Source: Giesbergeria sp. (GTDB lineage Bacteria > Pseudomonadota > Gammaproteobacteria > Burkholderiales > Burkholderiaceae_C). Taken from it: DNA of 64,000 bases. Under the pieces are notes generated by a model that was given only the letters and a program-made list of their open reading frames with translations, was not told the origin of the DNA and did not search any database. This document shows, in pieces, positions 1-10,028 of this stretch. The stretch is taken from NCBI GenBank assembly GCA_017985015.1, contig JAGNYI010000005.1, positions 21,041 through 85,040 on the forward strand, written 5' to 3'. The position numbers were made by a program, and so were the translations under genes. Numbering within the stretch: the stretch's first letter is position 1; the number at the start of each line of letters is the position of its first letter.

Positions 1-664
1 CGAGGTGGGCCGCCGCGCCGAGGTGCGCGCCGTGGTGCTGGCCGCCGAGGGCCCGGCGTTTTGCGCCGGCGCCAATCTGAACTGGATGCGGCGCATGGCC
101 GACTACACCCGCGCCGAGAATGTGGCAGACGCTGCCAAGCTGGCCGAGATGCTGCGCGTCATTTACGAATGCCCCAAGCCGACCATCGCCCGCGTGCAGG
201 GCGATGTGGTTGCCGGTGGCATGGGCCTGGTGGCCGCGTGCGACATGGCCGTCTGCGTGGATACGGCGGGCTTTTGCCTGAGCGAAGTCAAGCTCGGCCT
301 GATCCCCGCCACCATCAGCCCCTACGTGATCCGCGCCATGGGGGCGCGGGCGGCGCACCGCTACTTTCTGACGGCAGAACGCTTTGGCGCAGCGGAGGCA
401 CTGCGCATCGGTTTTGTGCACGAGGTGGTGGTTGCCGATCAGCTTGACGCCAAGGTCGGCGAATGGCTCAAGGCGCTCACCAGCGCCAGCCCGAACGCCT
501 TGCGCGCCTGCAAGCGTCTGGTGCTGGATGTCGCCGAACGTGAAATCAATGCGCAGCTCATTGCGGCCACGGTGGAGGGTATCGCCGACATCCGTGCGAG
601 CAGCGAGGGAAAAGAAGGCGTGCAATCCTTTCTGCAAAAGCGCAAGCCGGCCTGGTTGGTATGA
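1..664 (+). CDS. enoyl-CoA hydratase (crotonase) family, probable methylglutaconyl-CoA hydratase; 5' end outside window
   Basis: ORF open to the left edge (track 5..664). Crotonase-type motifs FCAGANL and VAGGMGLV. Clustered with MCC-alpha and HMG-CoA lyase genes. Confidence 0.8.
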   Translation, partial: EVGRRAEVRAVVLAAEGPAFCAGANLNWMRRMADYTRAENVADAAKLAEMLRVIYECPKPTIARVQGDVVAGGMGLVAACDMAVCVDTAGFCLSEVKLGLIPATISPYVIRAMGARAAHRYFLTAERFGAAEALRIGFVHEVVVADQLDAKVGEWLKALTSASPNALRACKRLVLDVAEREINAQLIAATVEGIADIRASSEGKEGVQSFLQKRKPAWLV

Positions 665-667
665 AAC

Positions 668-760
668 ACCCCCTGAGTCGCTGCGCGCCTTCCCCCTCTC
701 TCGCTTCGCGGGAGGGGGACGACGCCCTTGCTGCGGGGCGGCCCTTGCTCGGCGTCCCTG
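668..760. repeat. F2 GC-rich hairpin element, copy a (forward)
   Basis: CACCCCCTGAGTCGCTGCGCGCCTTCCCCCTCTCT-CGCttcGCG-GGAGGGGGACGACGCCCTTGCTGCGGGGCGGCCC. Same layout as copies at 51712 and 53040 (inverted). Confidence 0.7.
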
Positions 761-820
761 ACTTTGCACCGCGCCAGTTTCATAGGTTGTGGTTGGTGCA
801 CAGCGCTATGGAGAACTGAC

Positions 821-1543
821 ATGGATGCCCTCTGGCTGCACATTGTTCAGTGGCTGCACACCGTGGGCCTGCACGTCGATGCTGGCACTGCGCGCGAGGT
901 GGCGGGCGGTATGGCGCAGGCCACACAGAAGCTCGATATGCCCAGTCTGATCGCGCTGGCGGCGGCGCTGGGTTGGGCCAGCGGCTTTCGTCTGTACGCA
1001 GTGGTATTCCTTGTCGGCCTGATGGGATCCACCGGACTGCTCGCACTGCCCGCCGGCCTCCATGTGCTGGAGAACCCGCTGGTGCTGGCCTTGGCCGGCA
1101 GCCTGATGCTGGTGGAGTTTTTTGCCGACAAGGTGCCGTGGATCGACAGCGCCTGGGACGCCATCCACACCGTCATCCGCGTGCCCGGCGGCGCCCTGCT
1201 GGCGGCGGGCGTGTTTGGCGCCGACAACGCCACAATGGGCCTCGTTGCCGGTCTGCTGGGCGGTTCGCTCGCCGCCACCTCCATGGCCACCAAGATGGCC
1301 ACGCGCGCCGCGGTCAACACCTCGCCCGAGCCGTTTTCGAATGGCATAGTCTCGCTGTTTGAAGACGGTTTGGTAGTGGGCGTCGTCTGGTTGGCCACGC
1401 AGTACCCCGTTGCTTTTGGCTTCGTCCTGGTGGTGATGGTGCTGCTGTCCATCGTGCTGCTGGTGGTGCTTTTCAAGTTCCTGCGCGCCGTGCTGCGGCG
1501 TTTGAGCGGCGGCGTGCGCTTCAGGCGGGAGACGCCCGCGTGA
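821..1543 (+). CDS. DUF4126-like integral membrane protein
   Basis: ATG at 821 within ORF 728..1543. Multiple hydrophobic helices. Motif LMLVEFFADKVPWIDSAWD is typical of the DUF4126 family as I recall it. Confidence 0.55.
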   Translation: MDALWLHIVQWLHTVGLHVDAGTAREVAGGMAQATQKLDMPSLIALAAALGWASGFRLYAVVFLVGLMGSTGLLALPAGLHVLENPLVLALAGSLMLVEFFADKVPWIDSAWDAIHTVIRVPGGALLAAGVFGADNATMGLVAGLLGGSLAATSMATKMATRAAVNTSPEPFSNGIVSLFEDGLVVGVVWLATQYPVAFGFVLVVMVLLSIVLLVVLFKFLRAVLRRLSGGVRFRRETPA

Positions 1544-1671
1544 GAGCCATGGCCATCGGCTCGGTGCCCCAGTTGGAAGACGCGTCCTTTCCACATGCTT
1601 TTTTTGCCTCCGGCGAGCAAAATTCGGAAGCATCACTTTGTCTGATGTTTTTCACGACAGGAGCATGAATC

Positions 1672-2718
1672 ATGGTTTTTTGCATGTTTCGCCCTTTGAC
1701 CGCCGGCTTGCTGGCGCTCGGCATTAGCGCCGCGGCACTCGCCCAAAACGTCACCCCTTTGACAGATTTCAGCAGTGCTCCGGGCAATGGGGTTTACAGC
1801 TATGCGTCGAGCACGCCAGCGACGGTCATGGACCTGATCCAGCGCAACCGATCCAGACCCTCGGCGACTGCGCAAGGGGAGCTCGTCCTGCCGGCCAACG
1901 CAGCAGCCGACGCCAAACTGCCCGCGGTGGTACTGGTACATGGCTCCGGCGGTGTCTACCCCGAGGAAATAACTTATTGGGCCAAGCTGTTGAACGAACA
2001 CGGCATTGCCGTTTTTGTGATTGATATTTTCAGTCCGCGTGGTGTCAAGTCCACCGGCGAAGACCAAAGCCAGGTGCCGTTTGCAGCCGACACTGCCGAT
2101 GCTTTCGCCGCGCTGGGCATGTTGGGCAGCCATCCGCGCATCGACCCCAATCGCATCGCCGTGATGGGTTTCTCGCGCGGAGGCATCACCGCCGTTCGTA
2201 GCGGGGTTGTGCGCATCATCGATGGCGCGGCCCCGTCCGGCTTGCGCTTTGCCGCGCACGTGGCCCTGTACAGCGGCGGTTGCGCCGGCACGATTGCCAT
2301 GACCGCCAAGCCGGGCGTGTTCAGCCCCGAGCCCATGCTGTTCGTGCACGGCGACGCCGATGACTACGCCTACATCAGCGACTGCCGCAGCTACGCACAG
2401 CGCATTGCCGCCGCCGGTACACCGACCGAGTTTGTGGTCGTGCCCGGTGCCCGCCACAAGTTCGATGTGGACAGCGGCCGGCGGATCAACCTGCCTTCGA
2501 ACTCCAAGACCAAGGAAGGCTGTCCGCTTGAGTTCGACATTGTTGACCTGAAGTACCGCGACCGCCGCAGCGGCGAGGTGCTGCCGCAGGACAAGGTCCA
2601 GGCGCTTGGCCGTGAGCTCTGCACGGACAAGGGGGCGACGATGGAAGGTGACCGCAAGGCGCGCGAGACGGCGGGCAAGGCGGTAATTGAGTTCCTGAGC
2701 AAAGTGTTCAAGGTATGA
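1672..2718 (+). CDS. secreted alpha/beta hydrolase, dienelactone hydrolase family
   Basis: Signal peptide MVFCMFRPLTAGLLALGISAAALAQ. AGGAG-like RBS at 1657-1663. VVLVHGSGG and GFSRGG nucleophile-elbow motifs. Confidence 0.65.
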   Translation: MVFCMFRPLTAGLLALGISAAALAQNVTPLTDFSSAPGNGVYSYASSTPATVMDLIQRNRSRPSATAQGELVLPANAAADAKLPAVVLVHGSGGVYPEEITYWAKLLNEHGIAVFVIDIFSPRGVKSTGEDQSQVPFAADTADAFAALGMLGSHPRIDPNRIAVMGFSRGGITAVRSGVVRIIDGAAPSGLRFAAHVALYSGGCAGTIAMTAKPGVFSPEPMLFVHGDADDYAYISDCRSYAQRIAAAGTPTEFVVVPGARHKFDVDSGRRINLPSNSKTKEGCPLEFDIVDLKYRDRRSGEVLPQDKVQALGRELCTDKGATMEGDRKARETAGKAVIEFLSKVFKV

Positions 2719-2733
2719 CAACGAGAGTCCCGA

Positions 2734-2769
2734 ATGTTTAAAAAAATCCTGATTGCCAGCCGCGGTGAC
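2734..2769 (+). repeat. degenerate duplicate of the first ~35 nt of the MCC-alpha gene
   Basis: ATGTTTAAAAAAATCCTGATTGCCAGCCGCGGTGA versus the true start ATGTTTAAAAAAATACTGATTGCAAACCGCGGTGA at 2852; 32/35 identical. Confidence 0.8.
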
Positions 2770-2851
2770 CAGCCGCAAAGCGGCGCAGCGGCGAAGCCAA
2801 ATTGCGTGGCACGCGCAGCGTGCGCAGGCGATTGCACCGCGGAGAACGACC

Positions 2852-4870
2852 ATGTTTAAAAAAATACTGATTGCAAACCGCGGTGAAATCGCGTGCCGGG
2901 TGGCGGCAACCGCCAAGCGCATGGGCGTGAAAACCGTTGCCGTCTATTCGGACGCCGATGCCAATGCCAAGCATGTGGCGGTCTGCGAAGAAGCGGTGCA
3001 CATCGGCGGCAGCGCGCCCAAGGACAGTTACCTGCGTTGGGAGCGCATCATTGAGGCGGCCCAGGCCACGGGCGCGCAGGCCATTCACCCCGGGTACGGT
3101 TTCCTCTCCGAGAACGAAGAGTTTGCCCAGGCCTGCGCCAAGGCCGGCCTGGTCTTCATCGGCCCGCCAGCGTCCGCCATCAAGGCCATGGGCCTCAAGG
3201 CCGAATCCAAACAGTTGATGGAAAAGGCCGGTGTGCCGCTGGTGCCCGGCTACCACGGTGCCGACCAGGACCCCGGCTTGCTGCAGCGCGAGGCCGACCG
3301 CATTGGCTACCCGGTGCTCATCAAGGCCAGCGCCGGAGGCGGCGGCAAGGGCATGCGGGTGGTGGAGAAGTCCGAAGACTTTGCCGCCGCCCTGGCCAGT
3401 TGCCAGCGCGAGGCGATCAACAGCTTTGGCATGGACGCGGTGCTCATTGAGAAATACGTGCAGCGCCCGCGCCATATCGAAATCCAGGTGTTTGGCGACA
3501 CGCTGGGCAACTATGTGTACCTGTTCGAGCGCGATTGCTCGGTGCAGCGCCGCCACCAGAAGGTGCTGGAAGAAGCTCCCGCTCCTGGCATGACGCCCGA
3601 GCTGCGCGCACGCATGGGCGAGGCCGCGGTGGCCGCTGCGCGCGCAGTGAATTATGTGGGTGCGGGCACGGTGGAATTCATCGTCGAGCAGCCCGGCGGT
3701 TATGCGCACCCCGAGCAGATGAAGTTCTTCTTCATGGAGATGAACACGCGCCTGCAGGTGGAGCACCCGGTGACTGAAGCCATCACCGGCCAGGATCTGG
3801 TGGAGTGGCAATTGCGCGTGGCCTCGGGCGAAGCGCTGCCGTGCACGCAGGGTGAGCTCAAGATTACCGGCCACGCGATCGAGGCGCGCATTTGCGCCGA
3901 GAACCCCGACAACAACTTTCTGCCCGCCACGGGCGCGCTCCATGTGTACGGTCTGCCCGAGTGCGTGACCTTTGAAAGAGGCGCGGTACGGGTCGATTCC
4001 GGTGTGCGGCGCGGCGACGCCATCAGTCCCTTTTATGACTCCATGGTGGCCAAGCTCATCGTGCATGGCGAAACGCGCGCGCAGGCGCTGGCGCGGCTCG
4101 ACGAAGCGCTGGCGCAGACCCACATCGTCGGTCTGGCCACCAACGTGCAGTTCTTGCGCAGGGTGGCCCGCACCGACTCGTTTGCCAAGGCCAACCTGGA
4201 CACCGCCCTGATCCCGCGCGAGGAGACCGTGCTGTTCAAGCAGGAGAGCGTGGGCCTGCCCCTGGCCGCCGCTGCTGCCGTGGCGCAAACCCTGCTGCGC
4301 GAACGCGCCAGCGAAGGCGCAGACCCGTTCAGCCGCCGCGACGGCTGGCGCTCGCATGGTCTGGTGGAACGCCGTTTCGAGTTCGATTTTGATGGCGTAC
4401 AGGCCAAGGCCAGCCTGGCCTATCTGCACGACGGCGCCCTGCGCCTGACCGTGGGGGAGGGCGCTGAGGCCGTCGCTGGCCTGCTGGTGTTCGCGCCCGC
4501 CGGTCGCGGCATCGACCTGCAGTACGCGGGCCAGCGCACCCTGGCCACCGTGTACGCCCTGGGCGAGACGGACCACGTTTTCACCCCGCAAGGCGCGACG
4601 CAGATCGTCGCCATCGACCTGCTCGCCCATGCCGGCGAAGCCCAGGACGAGGGCGGGCGCCTGACGGCCCCCATGCCGGGCAAGGTGGTGTCGTTTGCCG
4701 TGCAGGCCGGCGACAAAGTGAGCAAGGGCCAGGCCCTGGCCGTGATGGAAGCCATGAAAATGGAGCACACCATTGCCGCCCCCGCCGACGGCGTGGTGGC
4801 TGAGTTGCTCTATGAGCCGGGCGACCAGGTGGCGGAAGGCGCCGAGCTGCTCAAGCTGACGGCTGCGTGA
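2852..4870 (+). CDS. 3-methylcrotonyl-CoA carboxylase alpha subunit (biotin carboxylase plus biotinyl carrier domain)
   Basis: MFKKILIANRGEIACRV N-terminus and ATP-grasp motifs. C-terminal AMKMEH biotinylation motif. Start moved to the ATG at 2852 within ORF 2753..4870. Confidence 0.9.
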   Translation: MFKKILIANRGEIACRVAATAKRMGVKTVAVYSDADANAKHVAVCEEAVHIGGSAPKDSYLRWERIIEAAQATGAQAIHPGYGFLSENEEFAQACAKAGLVFIGPPASAIKAMGLKAESKQLMEKAGVPLVPGYHGADQDPGLLQREADRIGYPVLIKASAGGGGKGMRVVEKSEDFAAALASCQREAINSFGMDAVLIEKYVQRPRHIEIQVFGDTLGNYVYLFERDCSVQRRHQKVLEEAPAPGMTPELRARMGEAAVAAARAVNYVGAGTVEFIVEQPGGYAHPEQMKFFFMEMNTRLQVEHPVTEAITGQDLVEWQLRVASGEALPCTQGELKITGHAIEARICAENPDNNFLPATGALHVYGLPECVTFERGAVRVDSGVRRGDAISPFYDSMVAKLIVHGETRAQALARLDEALAQTHIVGLATNVQFLRRVARTDSFAKANLDTALIPREETVLFKQESVGLPLAAAAAVAQTLLRERASEGADPFSRRDGWRSHGLVERRFEFDFDGVQAKASLAYLHDGALRLTVGEGAEAVAGLLVFAPAGRGIDLQYAGQRTLATVYALGETDHVFTPQGATQIVAIDLLAHAGEAQDEGGRLTAPMPGKVVSFAVQAGDKVSKGQALAVMEAMKMEHTIAAPADGVVAELLYEPGDQVAEGAELLKLTAA

Positions 4871-4907
4871 CAGCCGGGGGAATGGCGTTGCGGTACGGTC
4901 TGCCGCC

Positions 4908-5828
4908 ATGAACATCACCTTCTGCTGCACCGATACCAAGGCCGAGCCCTGGCTGCAGGGCCTGCAGGCCGCACTGCCGGGAGCGGCCGTGAGCGTCTGG
5001 CAGCCCGGCGCGCCCGCTGCCGACTACGCCGTGGTCTGGGCGCCGCCCCAGCAGTTTCTTGACGAGCAGACCAGGGTGAAGGCCTTGTTCAATATTGGCG
5101 CAGGTGTGGATGCGCTGCTCAAGTTGCGCTTGCCGCCGACGGCCTTGGTGGTGCGCCTGGACGATGCGGGCATGGCCGTGCAAATGGCCGAATATGTCTG
5201 CCATGCGGTCATCCGCCATTTCCGCGAATTCGATGACTATGAGAAGGCGATGCGCGCAGGCCAATGGGCCTTTCGCAAGCCGCGACTGCGCCAGGATTTT
5301 CCTGTCGGTGTACTGGGCCTGGGCGTGCTGGGCGAGCGCGTGGCCCGGGCGCTGGCGCAGTTCGATTTCCCGGTCAATGGCTGGAGCCGCACGCCCAAGG
5401 CCATCGACGGTGTGCGCACCTTTAGTGGAGCCGAAGGCATGAACGATTTCCTGGCCGCCAGCCGCGTGCTGGTGAACCTGCTGCCGCTCACGCCCGAGAC
5501 GGAAAACATCCTGAACCGTGCAACCTTGTCGCGTCTGCAGGCAGGCGGCTATGTCATCAACGTGGCGCGCGGCGCGCATCTGGTGGATGGCGATCTGATC
5601 GCGTTGCTGGACAGCGGCCATTTGGCAGGCGCTACGCTGGATGTGTTTCGCACCGAACCGCTGCCTGCTGACCACCCGTTCTGGAGCCACCCGCGGATCA
5701 CGCTGACGCCACACACTTCGGCACGTACGCTGCGCGATGAGAGCATCACCCAGATGGTGGGCAAGATCGTCGCACTGGAACGGGGCGAGGCAATTGCCGG
5801 TATCGTGGACCCTGTGCGGGGGTATTGA
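4908..5828 (+). CDS. D-2-hydroxyacid dehydrogenase, glyoxylate/hydroxypyruvate reductase A-like
   Basis: NAD-binding GVLGLGVLGERVA. Catalytic region NVARGAHLVD...TPHTSA. Confidence 0.75.
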   Translation: MNITFCCTDTKAEPWLQGLQAALPGAAVSVWQPGAPAADYAVVWAPPQQFLDEQTRVKALFNIGAGVDALLKLRLPPTALVVRLDDAGMAVQMAEYVCHAVIRHFREFDDYEKAMRAGQWAFRKPRLRQDFPVGVLGLGVLGERVARALAQFDFPVNGWSRTPKAIDGVRTFSGAEGMNDFLAASRVLVNLLPLTPETENILNRATLSRLQAGGYVINVARGAHLVDGDLIALLDSGHLAGATLDVFRTEPLPADHPFWSHPRITLTPHTSARTLRDESITQMVGKIVALERGEAIAGIVDPVRGY

Positions 5829-5860
5829 ACCTCCTGTATTTTTAAGTTGAGAGTTTTGTG

Positions 5861-6769
5861 ATGACTATTCCCACCCGCGTCCACCTCATCGATGTCGGCC
5901 CGCGCGACGGCCTGCAGAACGAGAAATCCCCCGTGCCGGCCGAGGTCAAGATCGAGCTGGTACACCGCCTGCAAGCGGCTGGCCTGAAAGAGATCGAAGT
6001 CACCAGCTACGTCTCGCCCAAATGGGTGCCGCAAATGGCGGACAACCATGCGGTGATGCAGGGCATCCAACGACAAAGTGGCGTGCGCTACTCGGTGCTC
6101 ACCCCCAATCTCAAAGGGTTTGAAGCCGCGCTGCTCGACAAGCCCGATGAAATCGTCGTCTTCGGCTCGGCCAGCGAGGCCTTCAGCCAGAAGAACATCA
6201 ATTGCAGCATTGCCGAGAGCATCGAGCGCTTTGCGCCGGTGGTCGAGGCTGCGCTGGCGGCCGGCATTGCGGTGCGCGGTGCCATGAGCTGCACCGTGGG
6301 CTGCCCGTACGAGGGCGAGATTGCGCCCGGGCGCGTGGCCTACCTGGCGGGGCTGCTCAAAGGCATTGGCGTGCAGCGCGTGGATGTGGCCGACACCATT
6401 GGCGTGGGCACGCCGAGCAAGGTGCAGCGCGCCATCGAGGCGGCGCTCGCGCACTACGCGATCGACGAGGTTTCGGGCCACTTTCACGACACCTACGGCC
6501 AGGCGCTGGCCAACACGCTGGCGGCGCTGGAGCTGGGGGTGTGGAACTTCCAGTCTTCCGTGGCGGGTCTGGGCGGTTGCCCTTACGCCAAGGGCGCGAC
6601 GGGCAATGTGGCCACGGAAGATGTGGTGTACCTGCTGCATGGCATGGGGATTGAGACGGGGATCGATCTGGACAAATTGATCGACGCGGGCGTGTTCATC
6701 AGCGACTTTCTGGGGCGCAAGCCCAATTCGCGCGCGGCTACGGCCCTGCTCAACAAGCGGGCCGGGTGA
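5861..6769 (+). CDS. hydroxymethylglutaryl-CoA lyase
   Basis: VGPRDGLQNEK motif and the DTYGQALAN and GLGGCPYA motifs. ATG at 5861; GTG at 5858 is also possible. Confidence 0.9.
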   Translation: MTIPTRVHLIDVGPRDGLQNEKSPVPAEVKIELVHRLQAAGLKEIEVTSYVSPKWVPQMADNHAVMQGIQRQSGVRYSVLTPNLKGFEAALLDKPDEIVVFGSASEAFSQKNINCSIAESIERFAPVVEAALAAGIAVRGAMSCTVGCPYEGEIAPGRVAYLAGLLKGIGVQRVDVADTIGVGTPSKVQRAIEAALAHYAIDEVSGHFHDTYGQALANTLAALELGVWNFQSSVAGLGGCPYAKGATGNVATEDVVYLLHGMGIETGIDLDKLIDAGVFISDFLGRKPNSRAATALLNKRAG

Positions 6770-7281
6770 ATCGCATGTGTGGAGCTGAACTGAAGGCGCT
6801 TCCGGGTGGCGTACAGCGTGTGGCTGCGGCCTTGCAGCAGGCCGGCCACCTGCATGCGCCGCGCATGCTGGACGACGCCTGCCGCACCGCGCAGCAAGCG
6901 GCGGATGCGCTGGGCATTGCCGTGGGCCAGGTGGCCAAGAGCATCATTTTCCGGCGCATGTCGGACGACGCGGTGGTGCTGGTCATCACCTCGGGCGACC
7001 GGCGCGTGGATGCGGCCAAGGTCGAAGCGCTGGTGGGGGCGCTGGGCCGGGCCGACGCCGCCTTCGTCAAGGCGCGCACCGGTTTTTCCATTGGCGGCGT
7101 GGCGCCCATTGCCCACGCGGAGCCGGGCGTGACCTTGATTGACCGCGAACTGCTGCGTTTTGACACCCTGTGGGCGGCAGCGGGCCATCCACATGCCGTG
7201 TTTGCGCTGTCGCCGCACGATCTTGAGCGCCTGACGGGCGCGCCACTGGCCGATGTCACAGAGGCCCCGGGGCGCGCATGA
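6766..7281 (+). CDS. YbaK/EbsC-type aminoacyl-tRNA deacylase domain protein
   Basis: VAKSIIFR...VVLVITSGDRRVD...GFSIGGVAPIAH pattern. GTG start overlaps the upstream stop (GTGA). Confidence 0.65.
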   Translation: MNRMCGAELKALPGGVQRVAAALQQAGHLHAPRMLDDACRTAQQAADALGIAVGQVAKSIIFRRMSDDAVVLVITSGDRRVDAAKVEALVGALGRADAAFVKARTGFSIGGVAPIAHAEPGVTLIDRELLRFDTLWAAAGHPHAVFALSPHDLERLTGAPLADVTEAPGRA

Positions 7282-7553
7282 ATGCTATTAAAACAATAGC
7301 TGCTCGCGCACGCACATTAAGCGCTGCGGGCTATTTTGACCATGATTCCGATGAAGTGGTGCCGTCGCCCTGCGTATCGGTGTGCCGCATGTCGGCCGAC
7401 GGCAGCCTGTGCGAGGGGTGTTTTCGCAGCATCGCCGAAATTCGCGCTTGGTCCATGGCCGACGATGCCACCCGCCGCGCCATCTGGGTGCGGCTGCTGG
7501 AGCGGGCTGGCGCGCCCGTGCCAGCCAGCCTGCAAAGCACGGAGCGGCCATGA
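7278..7553 (+). CDS. DUF1289 family small Cys-rich protein; N-terminal ~22 codons encoded by an F1 element
   Basis: SPCVSVCRMSADGSLCEGCFRSIAEIRAW motif. ATG overlaps the upstream stop (ATGA). Confidence 0.6.
   Translation: MNAIKTIAARARTLSAAGYFDHDSDEVVPSPCVSVCRMSADGSLCEGCFRSIAEIRAWSMADDATRRAIWVRLLERAGAPVPASLQSTERP
7281..7345 (+). repeat. F1 element copy A (forward, inside DUF1289 ORF)
   Basis: AATGCTATTaaaaCAATAGCTGCTcGCGCacgcacaTTAAGCGCTGcGGGCtATTTTGACC. Confidence 0.75.
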
Positions 7554-8194
7554 AACGCATCACCTTCTACCTCGACTTCATCTCGCCCTACGCCTGGCTG
7601 GCCTTCGAGCGCCTGCCCGAGGCGCTCGAAGGCCTGAGCTACAGCGTCGAGTACCGGCCGGTGCTGCTGGGCGCGCTGCTGCAACAGCAAGGCAACCCGG
7701 GGCCGGCCGGCATTCCCCCGAAGCGCGACTGGACCTACCGGCATGTGAGCTGGCTCGGCCACTCGCTGGGCATCCCGTTGCAGATGCCGGCGCGCCATCC
7801 CTTCAACCCCTTGCCCTTGCTGCGGCGCGCGCTGGCCTGTTCAACCGACGGCAGCATCAACCGCTTTGTGGCGGGCACGGTGCTGCGCCACGTGTGGGTG
7901 GGGGGCCACGACGCACTCGACCCGGCTCGGCTCGATGCGCTGGCGCAAGTGCTGGCGCCACAGCTCAAACCTGGCATGGAGCCGCAAGACGCCGCCGTGA
8001 AAACCCTGCTGCGCAGCAATACCGATGCGGCGGCCGCACGCGGCGTGTTTGGTGTGCCGGCGTTTGGTGTGGACGACAAGCTCTTCTGGGGGCTTGATGC
8101 TCTGCCGATGCTGCGCGCCTGGTTGGAAGGCGATGCCTGGTTTGGCGCTGGCTGGGAGGCGTCGGCCCAGGTGGCAAGCGGTTTGCCCGGCTGA
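7550..8194 (+). CDS. 2-hydroxychromene-2-carboxylate isomerase family (DsbA-like thioredoxin fold)
   Basis: MKRITFYLDFISPYAWL N-terminus and FGVPAF...LFWGLD C-terminal motif. ATGA overlap with the upstream gene. Confidence 0.75.
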   Translation: MKRITFYLDFISPYAWLAFERLPEALEGLSYSVEYRPVLLGALLQQQGNPGPAGIPPKRDWTYRHVSWLGHSLGIPLQMPARHPFNPLPLLRRALACSTDGSINRFVAGTVLRHVWVGGHDALDPARLDALAQVLAPQLKPGMEPQDAAVKTLLRSNTDAAAARGVFGVPAFGVDDKLFWGLDALPMLRAWLEGDAWFGAGWEASAQVASGLPG

Positions 8195-8203
8195 TCCGGA
8201 CAT

Positions 8204-8233
8204 AAAAAAACCGGGCGCAAGGCCCGGCAAAAA
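8204..8233. terminator. bidirectional hairpin terminator between convergent genes
   Basis: aaaaaaaCCGGGCgcaaGGCCCGGcaaaaa. GC stem with A/T runs on both sides. Confidence 0.5.
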
Positions 8234-8291
8234 TGGCGCGGGTTTCTGGGCCGCGCCTGCGGGCGATGTGCCCGCGGAATGTCTTGCGCGC

Positions 8292-10028
8292 TCAGTGCCC
8301 GGAGGCTCCCGAGGCACCCAGGCCGGTTTCCGAACGCACCTGCTGCGCCGGGAAGGCGGCACGCTCGCGGGCGGCGTTGGCGCTCTTGTCGGTGATCGAG
8401 AACAACCAGATGCCGACGAAGCCGATGGTCATCGAGAACAACGCGGGCGAGGTGTAGGGGAACCAGGCCGAGCCAGCGGGGTGGCCCAGCGTGGCTTCCC
8501 AGACCGAAGGCGAGACGATGGTCAGGCCCACCGAAGAGATCAGCCCCAGGAAACCGCCCACCACCGCGCCGCGCGTGGTGCAGTTCTTCCATAGTACCGA
8601 CAGGAACAGCACCGGGAAGTTGGCCGAGGCCGCAACGGCAAAGGCCAGCGAGACCATGAAGGCGATGTTCTGCTTCTCGAAGGCGATGCCCAGTACCACG
8701 GCCACGACACCCAGGCACACGGTGGTGATGCGCGAAACACGCAGCTCGGAGGCGCTGTCGGCCTTGCCCTTCTTGACCAGCGTGGCATACAGGTCGTGCG
8801 ACACGGCCGATGCGCCCGAAAGCGTCAGGCCGGCCACCACAGCCAGGATGGTGGCAAATGCCACAGCCGAGATGAAGCCGTAGAACACGTTGCCGCCCAC
8901 CGTCTTGGCCACCAGCACCGCCGCCATGTTGGCCGTGCCGGCGCCGCCGTGGATGATGCCCTTGGCCACGTCTGCCATTTCAGGGTTGGTCAGCACCAGG
9001 GTGATGGCGCCAAAGCCGATGATGAAGATCAGCACGTAGAAGTAGCCAATCCAGGTAGTCGCCCACAGCACCGACTTGCGCGCCTGCTTGGCATCGGGCA
9101 CGGTGAAGAAGCGCATCAGGATGTGCGGCAGGCCGGCCGTGCCGAACATCAGTGCCATACCGAACGAGATGGCCGAGATCGGATCTTTGATGAAGCCGCC
9201 CGGGCCCATGATGGCCAAGCCTGCCTTCGCAGCCTCTTCAGGTGTTTTGCCGGTGTTGGCGGCGATGGCCGCACGCACTTGCACGCCCTTGGCAAACAAG
9301 GCTTCGGGGCTGAAGCCAAACTGCGCCAGCACCATGTAGGCCATGAAGGTCACGCCAGCCAGCAGCAAGACGGCCTTGATGATCTGCACCCAGGTGGTGG
9401 CTGTCATGCCGCCAAACAGCACATACACCATCATCAGCGCGCCGACGATGGCCACGGCCATCCAGTATTCCAGGCCAAACAGCAGCTTGATGAGCTGGCC
9501 CGCGCCAACCATCTGCGCGATCAGGTAGAAGGCCACGACGACCAGCGTGCCCGAAGCCGCGAAGGCGCGGATGGGGCCTTGCTGGAAGCGGTAGCCGGCC
9601 ACGTCGGCAAAGGTGAACTTGCCAAGGTTGCGCAGGCGCTCGGCCATCAGGAAGGTGATGATGGGCCAACCCACCAGGAAGCCGATGGAGTAGATCAAAC
9701 CGTCGTAGCCCGACGCCATCACGGCGGCGGAAATGCCCAGGAACGAGGCCGCCGACATGTAGTCGCCGGCAATCGCCAGGCCGTTCTGGAAGCCCGTGAT
9801 ACCGCCGCCAGCGGTATAGAAGTCGGACGCCGACTTGGTTTTGGCAGCGGCCCACTTGGTGATCCACAGGGTGAGGAGCACGAAACCGCCGAACATGCTG
9901 ATCGCCGTCCAGTTCGTGGCCTGCTTGGCCGCCTGGCCAAGATCGGCGCCAGCGGCTTGTGCAGCGCCTGCGGTACAGACGGCAAGCAGCGCCAGCAGCG
10001 CTGCGCGTGACATGGTGCGGGCGTTCAT
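8292..10028 (-). CDS. actP: cation/acetate symporter (SSF family)
   Basis: 578 aa with an N-terminal signal-like segment and SSF signature regions. Preceded by a DUF485 gene with ATGA overlap, the classic yjcH-actP pair. Confidence 0.9.
   Translation of the reverse strand: MNARTMSRAALLALLAVCTAGAAQAAGADLGQAAKQATNWTAISMFGGFVLLTLWITKWAAAKTKSASDFYTAGGGITGFQNGLAIAGDYMSAASFLGISAAVMASGYDGLIYSIGFLVGWPIITFLMAERLRNLGKFTFADVAGYRFQQGPIRAFAASGTLVVVAFYLIAQMVGAGQLIKLLFGLEYWMAVAIVGALMMVYVLFGGMTATTWVQIIKAVLLLAGVTFMAYMVLAQFGFSPEALFAKGVQVRAAIAANTGKTPEEAAKAGLAIMGPGGFIKDPISAISFGMALMFGTAGLPHILMRFFTVPDAKQARKSVLWATTWIGYFYVLIFIIGFGAITLVLTNPEMADVAKGIIHGGAGTANMAAVLVAKTVGGNVFYGFISAVAFATILAVVAGLTLSGASAVSHDLYATLVKKGKADSASELRVSRITTVCLGVVAVVLGIAFEKQNIAFMVSLAFAVAASANFPVLFLSVLWKNCTTRGAVVGGFLGLISSVGLTIVSPSVWEATLGHPAGSAWFPYTSPALFSMTIGFVGIWLFSITDKSANAARERAAFPAQQVRSETGLGASGASGH

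Noticed and set aside
2738-4939. 733-aa ORF antisense to the MCC-alpha gene
   Set aside because: This is a typical high-GC shadow ORF. Its composition is Arg/Ala/Gly/His-rich with no recognisable motif. The opposite strand encodes a full-length, motif-complete biotin carboxylase.
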